Of a stretch of DNA of 64,000 nt, positions 1 to 8,809 are shown one piece after another (position 1 is the first letter of the stretch; every line of letters begins with the position of its first letter). This DNA is from Diplonema japonicum (Eukaryota; Protista; Euglenozoa: Diplonemea). The translations under genes were made by a program, and so were the position numbers. A model generated the notes under the pieces. It was not told where the DNA came from. It did not search any database and saw nothing but the letters and a program-made list of their open reading frames with translations. The stretch lies in contig OZ025754.1 in the NCBI GenBank assembly GCA_964019335.1, positions 1 through 64,000 on the forward strand, written 5' to 3'.

Positions 1-535
1 GCGGGCTCCAAATGATAAAAATTCAAAAATAAAAATCTCAAAAAAGGCTTAAAAGAAGAAGAGGCAAATTCAAAAACATACTAGGGAGGAATGAGTGGGG
101 CAGGGGGTAAAATTTAGGAGGGGGAAAGAGGGAGAATCAAAAAAGGGGAAAGGGGCAGAGTGGCCAATGCCCATGCGAAAAAGCATAGAGGGAAGAAGAA
201 AATCAAAAACAGGAAAAACACATCACCACAAAAGAAAAAAGAAAAAAAAAAAAAAAAAAAAAAAAACGTCGACCGAGATGGTTCCACTTCAAAAAGAAAA
301 AGAAAAAGAAAAACAGAAAAATAAAAAAAAAAAAAAAAAAAAGGAAAAACAAAAAGAAAAAAAAAAAAGGGAAAAAAAAAAAAAATCTAAGTGGTTCTAT
401 CTAGCCTGGCCGTTGTAGCACCTGTTCCCTATTCTTTTATTTTTCCCTTTTTTTTTTTTCTCAGAAAAAAAAAAAAAAGTTTCACATCTTCCTATGGCGG
501 GGGGGGGGAGAACAGCCCCCCACACCCCCGCTGGC

Positions 536-1870
536 CTATCTGGCCAGCGAGCCTTTGGACCTCTTCTTGTGGGGTATGGGCCCCACCCGTGCCCTCCCCG
601 ACTCGAGCTGCAGCCAAGCCACCGCACTGTTCACCGGGGCCCAGTTCTCCTTGTTGCGCACCTTGACCGTGTCCCGCACCAGGTCGTCGCCCCCCAGCTC
701 TTCCATCAACCTGTGCTCCGCCAAGAACTTGAACTGGGGCCCGGTCATCCCCTTGAGCTCACCCCTGCATATGTTGGCTTCGACCACGGTGCCATCCGCC
801 CCCGTACCCTTCAGATAGATGTAGCCACCCTCCACACAATCCGAGTCAGTACTGGCCGATCGGGCCCGGGCCCGCTTCTTGTCCTTCTTTCTCCACTTCA
901 GCTCTTCCAGGGTGGGGAGATCCGTGGCAACCACCTCAGGCCGCCTCTCCCTGTCTTCCTCCTTCTTCCGGGCCAACAGCCCAAGGTACCTCTCAAAGGA
1001 GACGTCCTCGAACAACCCCGGGACCGTCACCACCGCTGACTGCAGGTCGACCTCTTCAACACCCATCTTCCGCAGATGGTCCTGGACAGTGCGCCTCGTC
1101 TCCTTCTCGCAGGGCCCCCTCCCCTCGTAGACGTCGAGGGTGACCTTCCTTCCATCCCTCACCCACGCCTTCACTTTGATCAGGTCCTTGACCTTTCCCA
1201 CTGGGGCCCTTATCCTTGCGTCGCACCTCTCCAAGAACTCACGTAGTGTCACCTTGGTAGCGCCGGCTCCCGCCGCAATGCCCACTACCCCTTCCTTCCC
1301 CGGTGTCGGGTGGTGTCTGCACCCCCGGGTCTGCAACTTGACCACCCTCCATGCCGTTTCCAGAGTCCCCTTGAGCAGGTTTGCGGGTTTGCGGGTTTGC
1401 GGGTTTGCGGGTTTGCGGGTCTCGTCCACTGACTTGCCGGCCCTGGGTTGTTTGTCGGGGTTCCACAGATTCCGCTGCCTGTGTAGTGCACAGTGCGTCT
1501 GGTTCGACGAGCACGCCGCAGCACACGTTCCACAGAGGTTCACCTTCATGTTCCTCGCCTGCTCTTGTTTCACAAAATGATGGTGGACCGCATTGAGGTG
1601 TTTAACTAGACAGCTTGCCACACTGGTGCGGAAAGAGCAGCCTTCCATCCGGCATTGATGTTTGTCTGTTCCTTCTTTTTCCCCCTCCTTCTGCGCCTCC
1701 GTGTGCTCATCATCCAAATCCATGGGGGGAGGGTCACCACCTCCTTGCAACGCGTCCCCTGCCAGCGTCAAGTCCGCAAAGGGGTCCAGGTGTTCGGCCT
1801 GAAAGAGCTTATCCTCCGTCTCGGCTCGTTCCTTCGCCGCTTGCTTGGCGTCTTCCTTCTTTTTTCTGCG
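536..1870 (-). CDS. Retroelement ORF1 distal part with C2H2 and CxxC zinc-finger motifs (in frame with 1871-4345 after one TGA)
   Basis: CRMEGCSFRTSVASCLVKHLNAVHH and CGTCAAAC...HCALH. The frame is open from 1870 (RRKKKEDAKQ...DPFADLTLAG) into the listed 536..1771 ORF. Confidence 0.6.
   Translation of the reverse strand, partial: RRKKKEDAKQAAKERAETEDKLFQAEHLDPFADLTLAGDALQGGGDPPPMDLDDEHTEAQKEGEKEGTDKHQCRMEGCSFRTSVASCLVKHLNAVHHHFVKQEQARNMKVNLCGTCAAACSSNQTHCALHRQRNLWNPDKQPRAGKSVDETRKPANPQTRKPANLLKGTLETAWRVVKLQTRGCRHHPTPGKEGVVGIAAGAGATKVTLREFLERCDARIRAPVGKVKDLIKVKAWVRDGRKVTLDVYEGRGPCEKETRRTVQDHLRKMGVEEVDLQSAVVTVPGLFEDVSFERYLGLLARKKEEDRERRPEVVATDLPTLEELKWRKKDKKRARARSASTDSDCVEGGYIYLKGTGADGTVVEANICRGELKGMTGPQFKFLAEHRLMEELGGDDLVRDTVKVRNKENWAPVNSAVAWLQLESGRARVGPIPHKKRSKGSLAR
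1378..1420. repeat. Tandem octamer (GGGTTTGC)x5 inside the element ORF
   Basis: Read directly; translates as RKPANPQT repeats in all three frames. Confidence 0.95.
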
Positions 1871-4345
1871 TCATGAGCTTCTAGGCGGGCCCAAGTACAC
1901 CGGCAGGTAGTGACCTCTCGATCCGCGTCTTGTCTTCCTCAGCTTTACCGGTCCGAATCTCTGGGTCGGGTCAGCACCAGCTTTCCCCACCATCACTTCC
2001 GACATGGCCCAGAGCGACATCAGCCCCCCTATCCAAACTGAAGTGCTTCCCACCAGAGTACCCCCTACTGCTAGCCAAGCGAGCTCCCCGGCGGACCATT
2101 CATCCCCTCGGGGCCCCACCTGTACCCTTGACCTGCGGGTGGTCCTCCTGTCGCTCCCCGGCCTCTTCCACAACACTGCCGCATGCAGGAAGGAGGGGGC
2201 CATCCCGATGCCCGCCCCCAGCACCTGCCTCACCCCTGGGATCAGCAAGAGGGAGACCAGGGCGACCCAGGCCCACGCCCCCAGGTGCTCCCATCTCACC
2301 CCTTCCTTGCTGTGTCCCGTCCGTCTGCGGTGCCTCCTTGTGCCGGTTGCAGCCCCAGGTGCCGGGATTCTGGGTGCCAGGGGTTGGGCTCCAGGCGTTC
2401 CCACCTCGGTCCGCTTCAGCCCCATTGCAGGGTCATCTGGCTTCTGTTTCAGGGCGGCCTCGTGTTCCTCTCTGCGGGCCCTCCTCCTCCCTTCTTTCCT
2501 CGCACGACGGTGCCTTTTCTTCTCCTGTCTGGCAGCCTCCCTCGCCCCCTCCCTCGCCTTGGTCCTCTTCTCCCGACGCCTCTGAAGGGCCGTTTCGCTC
2601 CTGTGCCTCCTCCTGTTCTTCTTCCGCTTGGGCGCTGGCTTAGGTTCCCTGCCACCCATGGCAATCCAGGGGGCTCTTTTCTGTCTTCTCACAAGGGTGT
2701 GCAGTGGTGCTCTCACGTCGCTCGCAGCCTCCGCCCCAACCACACCTTGGCGGGCGGTGGGGGTGGGTGCTGGGTCCCCCTGGTTGTTTGAAAAGAAAAA
2801 AGGTTCCTCCTTGTTTGTTTTTTTTTTTTCTTTCCCTTCCACCCTCAAAAAAAGCCCCCGGCCCTTGGGGACCAGGGTGTACACCTCCGTAGAGGGTCCA
2901 GAAAAAATGGGGGGCAGAGAGGGAGGGGCACTACCTTCTCTCGGGCGTGCTGTCTCTCCCTCTGCCTTTTTTTCCTCCGAAGAGGGTCTGTTTTTCACCT
3001 CCGTGGAGGGTCCCTCTGGAGAGGGCTCTATAAAAGAAAAAGGGGGGGACGAATGGGGGGGAGGAACACTACCCTCTCTCGGGAGTGCCACCTCTTCCCC
3101 TTTCTCTCTGTTTTCCTCCGAAGAGGGTCTGTTTTTTACCTCCGTGGAGGGTTCCTCTGGAGAGGGCTCTAAAAATGAAAAAGGGGGGGACAAATGGGGG
3201 GGAGGAGCACCACCCTCTCTCGGGAGTGCCACCTCTTCCCCTTTCTCTCTATTTTCCTCCGAAGAGGGTCTGTTTTCCTCCGAAGAGGGTTCTAAAAAAA
3301 AAAGGGGGGCGGGTGGGGCACTATCCTCTCTTGGGAGTGCCACCCCCCCTTGCCCACAAAAAAGGGGATCTAAAAAAGGGGGTTCGTCTGTTAACCCAGG
3401 GGATGGGTCTTCCTGGGGTGTGCGGGTGAGCTTGGGGCCTACCGCACGCAGGGTGATCGACACCCTGACACCAGTGGACATCCCGGACGGGATGTGGTGC
3501 GTCCACTGGTGTCTCGCTTCACCTTCCAACAATGCCCATGAGAAGGGGGGCACCAGGTATTTCGCCACCCTGTCCCCCCTCCTCATGACCATTGTGGTCT
3601 CGGCTCCGTACGAGAGGACTAGGACAATCGGTCCCAGCCTCGCGTCGTCCTTGTGGGCGGCAATCCCACAACCAGACTTGTACTTGTTGACAAGTACCTG
3701 GTTGGGGACCACCTCGAGCCCTGCGGCGGCGGCCACCTCCCTCACCCACCCCTCCGCCCCCCCTGGGATCCCCGTGGTGGGGCGCACCTTGGCGTTCGTC
3801 CCCTCCCACCGGTACCCGTATTGGAGGGTCTCCCTCCCTGAGTTCCCAGACAGGGCCTCCCACTTTCCTGAAAGCAGGGCTTTCGGGAAGGCAGGGGCCG
3901 GGCCCGTCCTCAACCCGGGAGGGTGTTCACCATACACCAGTACCCACCCCTTTTTTTCTCCCTCTTTTCCTCCCTCTTCAACAATAGCAGGGTCGGCTGC
4001 AGGGGTCGTGGTCGCGGCGGTCGTGGCTGCGGCAGGGGCGGCTGCGGCGGTCTCAGTTGCGGCGATCAGGGCGGCAGGGTCGGCTGCGGCGTTCAGGGCG
4101 GCTGGGGCGGCCGTGGCTGTAGCAGCGGCGGTCAAAACCGCGGTCTCTGCTAGTGATTTTTTTATTTTATTATTTTTTTTTTCTAAAGGGGGGTGGGGGG
4201 ATCTAGGGGGTGGGGATTCATACTGCCCAACCAGATTGCCTGGTTGGGTGGGTCTCGGCGCCGTGTGCTGCGGGCTGCGGGCTTGCTCCTGCGGGCTGCG
4301 GCTGCGGCTGCGGTCACCTCCTCCTGCGAGTCGTCTTGGATCCAT
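1871..4345 (-). CDS. Retroelement ORF1 proximal part with AlkB-family 2OG-Fe(II) dioxygenase domain (about 3440-3840), repeats and hydrophobic segments
   Basis: RETLQYGYRW...PNQVLVNKYKSGCGIAAHKD...LSYG...LLEGEARHQWTHHIP...RVSITLR matches the AlkB motifs NxY, HxD, H and RxSxTxR. Confidence 0.85.
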   Translation of the reverse strand: MDPRRLAGGGDRSRSRSPQEQARSPQHTAPRPTQPGNLVGQYESPPPRSPHPPLEKKNNKIKKSLAETAVLTAAATATAAPAALNAAADPAALIAATETAAAAPAAATTAATTTPAADPAIVEEGGKEGEKKGWVLVYGEHPPGLRTGPAPAFPKALLSGKWEALSGNSGRETLQYGYRWEGTNAKVRPTTGIPGGAEGWVREVAAAAGLEVVPNQVLVNKYKSGCGIAAHKDDARLGPIVLVLSYGAETTMVMRRGDRVAKYLVPPFSWALLEGEARHQWTHHIPSGMSTGVRVSITLRAVGPKLTRTPQEDPSPGLTDEPPFLDPLFCGQGGVALPREDSAPPAPLFFLEPSSEENRPSSEENREKGEEVALPREGGAPPPHLSPPFSFLEPSPEEPSTEVKNRPSSEENREKGEEVALPREGSVPPPHSSPPFSFIEPSPEGPSTEVKNRPSSEEKKAEGETARPREGSAPPSLPPIFSGPSTEVYTLVPKGRGLFLRVEGKEKKKTNKEEPFFFSNNQGDPAPTPTARQGVVGAEAASDVRAPLHTLVRRQKRAPWIAMGGREPKPAPKRKKNRRRHRSETALQRRREKRTKAREGAREAARQEKKRHRRARKEGRRRARREEHEAALKQKPDDPAMGLKRTEVGTPGAQPLAPRIPAPGAATGTRRHRRRTGHSKEGVRWEHLGAWAWVALVSLLLIPGVRQVLGAGIGMAPSFLHAAVLWKRPGSDRRTTRRSRVQVGPRGDEWSAGELAWLAVGGTLVGSTSVWIGGLMSLWAMSEVMVGKAGADPTQRFGPVKLRKTRRGSRGHYLPVYLGPPRSS
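2880..3350 (-). repeat. About 141-bp (47-aa) imperfect tandem repeat, about 3 copies, within ORF1
   Basis: Recurring EEVALPREGxxPPPHxSPPFSFxEPSPExPSTEVKNRPSSEENREKG; TTTTCCTCCGAAGAGGGTCTG near 2969, 3111 and 3252. Confidence 0.9.
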
Positions 4346-4515
4346 TTTTTATTTTTTTTTGTTTTATAGTGTGTGTTGGGGGGGAGGGGATCCTTTCGTT
4401 GAGCGGCGGGCAGGCCGACGGGCAAAACAACCCCCCCGGACGACGGCGACGACGGACGACGGACGCAGCGGCAAACCCAGGCAGAGGCGGCAGGCACCAG
4501 CAGAACACGAACGAC

Positions 4516-4553
4516 CAATAAAGTACAGAAACTGTAGCTTTAGAATCGTTGGT
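4516..4553 (-). other. Spliced-leader exon copy 1 (ACCAACGATTCTAAAGCTACAGTTTCTGTACTTTATTG) followed by GT
   Basis: Carries the conserved euglenozoan SL 3' end CAGTTTCTGTACTTTATTG and a diplonemid-type 5' end; identical to copies 2 and 3. Confidence 0.92.
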
Positions 4554-5005
4554 CCTCCAGCGCCTTCTCATCAAGCACCCTAGAGAGCCACCTCTGGCTG
4601 CAGATGTGGGGGGCCTTGGCCACCATGTCGGGTGTAATCTGCATGCCGCCTTTCGTCCTGTTGAACCACTCGAGCCAGCTCCCCCATACACCCCCTTCCA
4701 GCCCATGTTCGTATTTGGGATCCAGCTCCTTGCACAGCTTCATCGTCGACGCCCTCGAAGCCATGTTGGCCGCGCGCAGGTGCTCCTGGCAGCTCCTCAT
4801 CCCAAGCCCACCGACTTTTACGGACAGTTTCGCCTGCTGCCATTCTTTCGACCCGCTCTCGAACTGCATGCCGCACACCTTCGACATCGTCTTCCGCACC
4901 ATCTCGTCGAACCTGTGCATGACCCCTCCCACATGCGAGTCTGGGACCACTCTCATGTAAAACACCAGTTTGCTGTATGAGCTGCAATACCGGAGAAGAC
5001 ATATA
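4554..5005 (-). pseudogene. Fragment of non-LTR reverse transcriptase C-terminal/thumb region (CRE-like)
   Basis: LLRYC...KLVFYMRVVP...FD...WQQAKLSVKVGGLGMRS...AANMAS resembles the LLRxC and QAxLPxxxGGLG thumb motifs of RLE-clade elements; truncated by SL copy 1. Confidence 0.75.
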
Positions 5006-5222
5006 CTCATACTTCTGGCGTTTGTAGTGTTCCGCCTTCGCCGCTGCGTACCCCGCAGTCTTCGCCGCCTGGTTGACACAAGACTCGTTCCTCGGGTGCA
5101 CGATGACCACGTCCATAGCCATTGGGCGGGAACCCCCCACCCCACCTGGGAAGAACACGTCCGCCGGGCGCTGGGACGACCCCGGGATCAGCCCCGTCTT
5201 CTCCATCGTTGCGCTCACCCCG
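5006..5222 (-). pseudogene. Fragment of restriction-like endonuclease (RLE) domain of a CRE/R2-superclade retrotransposon
   Basis: E...RPADVFFP...MAMDVVIVHP...AAAKAEHYKRQKYE fits the RPD-x-D...K..KY RLE signature. Confidence 0.75.
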
Positions 5223-5248
5223 GCCCACTGACAGTGTCTGTGGATGGT

Positions 5249-5657
5249 GGAGGGGGAAAGAGGGAGAAATCAAAAAGGGGAAAGGGGCAGAGTGACCAAT
5301 GTCCATGCGAAAAAGCGGGGGAAGAAGAAAATCAAAAACAGGAAAAACACATCACGGCATGGCGTCGTGTGCAGCCTGGCGGCCTGTCGGGGTTCCCTCC
5401 CTGCGGTTTGCATGGTCACCTCCTCTTGCGTTCCGTCTTGGATCCATTTTTTATTTTTTTTTATTTTTTTTTAAAGTGTGTTGGGGGGAGGGGATCCTTT
5501 CGGTAAGCGGCGGGCAGGCCGACAGGCAAAACAACCCCCCCGGACGACGGCGACGACGGACGACGGACGCAGCGGCAAACCCAGGCAGAGGCAGCAGGCA
5601 CCAGCAGAACACGAACGACCAATAAAGTACAGAAACTGTAGCTTTAGAATCGTTGGT
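5249..5657 (-). mobile_element. SL-headed element copy 2, internally deleted derivative
   Basis: SL+GT, near-identical 5' UTR and ORF start (MDPRR, ATG 5447), then joined to the segment that lies at 117-226 in copy 1. Confidence 0.8.
5620..5657 (-). other. Spliced-leader exon copy 2 followed by GT
   Basis: Identical 38-mer to 4516-4553. Confidence 0.92.
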
Positions 5658-5826
5658 CCACCTCCTTCGCGTCCCTCGCGTGGTCCTCCTTCGTCGCTGC
5701 CTTCACCACCTTCATCGCGAACACCTTCCCGTCAATCTCCCTCACCGCCATGTGCACCGACCCCTGGCCCCCTGACCCGAGGTGCTTCCCTTTCCTGTAC
5801 TTTTCAAAGTTCTGCATTTCCTGCAT
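5658..5826 (-). pseudogene. Protein kinase N-lobe truncated by the SL-element insertion
   Basis: YRKGKHLGSGGQGSVHMAVREIDGKVFAMKVV...AKEV contains GxGxxG, AxK and the alphaC Glu, then runs directly into the SL exon. Confidence 0.8.
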
Positions 5827-5865
5827 CTTTTCTTGTTTTACGGTGTGTTCTTCTTTTTTTTTTAA

Positions 5866-7646
5866 CCCATAACACTCCGGGGCCTATCTACATAGGGGTC
5901 CCTTTTTTGCTCCTTTTCATAATCTGAGGGGGAAAATGGCAGCATTCAACCCCCGTTTGCAGGTAAAACGGGTTTTTTGGGCCAGGAAAATTAAAAAGAA
6001 AGTTCAAAAATTAATAAAAATACAAAGGGGATGAAGAGTTGAATGGCCGTAGGGTGCTCAAAAACGACCATGTTTACGGGTTTGCAAAATGGGTTGTGCA
6101 CGGGGGGGTGTAAATTGAGCATCCTGGGACAAAAAAGGCAGCATCAGGACCCCTCAGATGTCTCAGACCGAGAGAAGTGCCTATTTGCGGGTGGAATATC
6201 GGCCTCGAAATCGTCAAGAGGCCTTTTTGGGGTGATGGAAGAGTGGTACGAAAAAAGCACTTATTTGGACAGAGGTGTTGGTTTCAGGTGTAGCATTTGT
6301 AGATTGTGCGTTTTGTGCATTCTTTCAACCTGCAGACCCTGGAGGTGCCCCCTTTGAGTGGCTAGCGGTCACGTTTGGTGTAATCTGGGGTATCGGGTGT
6401 GTGTGCACCACTAGTTGGGTGCCGGGAGTGGTGTTTTTGCAACGTTGAACCCATCAATTAGGCTCTCTCGAAAGCGCTCTTTAAAGCAGCCAGGGTTGTG
6501 TATCTCTTTGGCATCCCTGAACCATATTTTATTTGAAGTGCATGGCAGTTAACTATTGTCACTTCTAGGGCCCACCAGAAGAGTCCGCAACACCCAACGA
6601 AATGCAAGCCCCTCACAGCAGGGCTTCGGCCAGACCCACAGTCGAAAAGTAGCTATCGCAAACTACCGTGTTGTCATTTCCCCGGAAAGGCTCTGTTAAC
6701 CCCAGCCCCGCTTTTTCCACAACACTGAAGTCTTCAAGTGCGTGCCCCTCGATTTTGGTGGATGTGAAACGCAAAAGATAACCCGTGCTCGCGCAGTTTA
6801 GGCAGTAGATTTTTATGCCATATCTTTTACGCTTGAAAGGACAGTAGACCCGCAGCCCCCAATTGCCCCGTGAAGGTACGAGTGTCTCGTCAATGCTTAA
6901 ATATTTTCCTGACACTGCTGCTTTTGCCCACTTGTCACCAATTCTGTCCAGAAACCCTCGTATCTTCACAACACATCACCGTTTGACTCTTCTGTGTGAG
7001 TGAAGCGGAGGCTACTTTTGATTTCCCAGTAGCGTCTCCTGGGCATCGTGTTACTGAAAAGGGGGATTTTCATGGGTCCTGTGGACCAATACGACTGCTG
7101 ATTCTGGGCACGCCGTAAACCCATCGCAATGCTCAATCCGAGTAAGCGGTGGAGTCCTGGGTCGAAATTTTATCAATCTCAGCGTCCTTTTGCCTGTTTG
7201 TCTCTTCTTGGATGACGTCTGTTAGCTTCTTATAAAAAAACCGAAGGAATAACCATTTTGCGTCGTCAAGTTTCTGCGTACCACGGGACAGCTTTTTTTC
7301 TCCCCACTGGCCTATTTTATGGTCTCTATGGGTACCAACTCCCTTACCCATGAAGGTTGGACCTCGTCCGTAGCTGTTTTGGCTTTACCTTTGCGTTTTT
7401 TGGGAACAATTTGAGCACAGTATGCACACCCGTTATTTTGCGTTTTTAGCCTATCTACTCGGATTTGGGACCCACTTGGTGGGTGGATAACAAGGTAAAG
7501 TGATGCAGCGCAGCATTAATTGCAGTTGAAAATAACTCCTCACTATAGTCGTGCTTGGAGATCCAGGGGTCGTGGGGACGAAAAAGTACTTAGAGAAAAA
7601 AACGATTTTTCAAAACGACAAATATTTGCGCCTTGGATGTTATGGG
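5866..7646 (-). mobile_element. Degenerate piggyBac DNA transposon with TIRs and TTAA target duplication
   Basis: TTAA(5862-5865)-CCCATAACA ... TGTTATGGG-TTAA(7647-7650). Transposase remnants: SIDETLV...YCPFKRKRYGIKIYCL...DSYFST (6613-6969) and LFWWALEVTIVN (about 6530-6575). Confidence 0.88.
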
Positions 7647-8809
7647 TTAATGTAAATCTCCACTGTGTGATGGATTTCTTCCCCCCCCCCCCCGTGTTGA
7701 GAGAATGAAAAAAAGCATAATATAACAACAGGGCCCCCGGTTCAAAATGGGTTTTTTTCCGATGTCACATGCCGTCTGCTTGTCGGCATATCATGAAACC
7801 GTCTCATGACGTAACCGAAGGAATTGCGGATAGTAGCAAGAAGAACTCTATCGATGCAGGGCTTAGGAAAGAGCCCTCTAGAGTCTCCCTGATGTCGTGG
7901 TTGATGGGAGAAGCACTTGTCTTGAGCTTGAAAAGCTGCACCCTCTTCCACATTTTATCCTTCGCCTCTTTGCCAAGTTCTATGGAGAACTGATTGCCTA
8001 AGTGGTGAAGCAACGGCTCGACCAACTGCTTAGCTGTTTCGATTTACTGTACTTTATTTACCGTGCTGATTTGCCGCACTTTACTTTGCTGAACCTTGTT
8101 GTGCCGTGCCTTGCCCTACCGTACTTTATTTTGCCGTACCTTTTGATTTTCTTTTTTTTTTTTCACCAGTGAATGAAAGCACGCAATGTCGCATACCGCC
8201 TCACATGGTCGATCTTTTACGTCAAGGTGACAAGTCAAACCCGTCTTGCTCCCCCTATGCAGTACGGATGTGAGCCTGTCGTGGTTCGAATGAAGATATC
8301 GTAAAATGCGATAAACTAAAAGGCAGCAAAAAGCCTATGCAAAGGGAGGAAGAGGATACTAGGAACTAGGCAGTTTGTTTCAGGTAAGACACCCCTGGAG
8401 TATATGGGACAACATGTTTCTTTGACAAAAAAAAGTAGATGATAGACTAAAAGTGGTATCGCAAAAAAAGAGAAAAAAATGGGGCTTTGATTGCAACACT
8501 AGGTGGCGTTAAGCGTGCAACGAAGCACGAACTACCTACTTGATTACAGGGGGCGCTCCTCGGCCGAGCAGTAGCTTCTTCTGCGTTCCGTGTCGTGTCC
8601 TTAATGCGTGCGGTGTGCAACTCAACCCTAGTCGGTGCGTCCCGGATAACCAAGATTCTGCGCTCGTGCAGTTTGCTGCCTGTTCGTCACCCAGAGCATC
8701 TGCGTTCTCCCACTCGGGCGCTATCGGTGATGACCGACGAGGAGGTCAACAGCTAACAACACATCTGATGTACTTCTTATATTTCCATGTTATCCCCACC
8801 ACCCTAAAA

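Larger units (their letters stand above)
1..4553 (-). mobile_element. SL-headed non-LTR retroelement (CRE/SLACS/CZAR-like), copy 1; 3' part probably continues left of the window
   Basis: Begins with SL exon+GT (4553->4514), then about 170 nt of 5' UTR and a GC-rich intronless long ORF. Its 5' part (4312-4553) and a downstream segment (117-226) are shared with copy 2 (5414-5657, 5249-5355), which abuts RLE/RT fragments. Clade assignment is inferred. Confidence 0.7.

Noticed and set aside
95-480. Lys-rich and Phe-rich ORFs here and throughout the window
   Set aside because: They are translations of poly(A)/poly(T) tracts in introns and intergenic DNA.
1378-1420. Telomeric repeat
   Set aside because: The unit is GGGTTTGC rather than TTAGGG, it is short, and it lies inside an ORF.
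1871-1873. Alternative genetic code (TGA=Trp) or selenocysteine
   Set aside because: Host genes here (GME, CKS1-B, MPP10, DNAI2) end normally at TGA and use TGG for Trp; no SECIS could be identified.
2628-4583. 651-aa plus-strand ORF and other long plus-strand ORFs (e.g. 43840-45030, 13433-14254)
   Set aside because: They are antisense shadows of GC-rich minus-strand coding sequence and have no recognisable motifs.
7742-8025. Short minus-strand ORFs between the piggyBac and SL copy 3
   Set aside because: No recognisable motif; may be decayed gene or TE sequence.
8044-8145. Plus-strand partial SL matches (CTGTACTTTATT) in a degenerate pentamer tract
   Set aside because: Only 10-12 nt inside low-complexity repeats; cannot be separated from chance.
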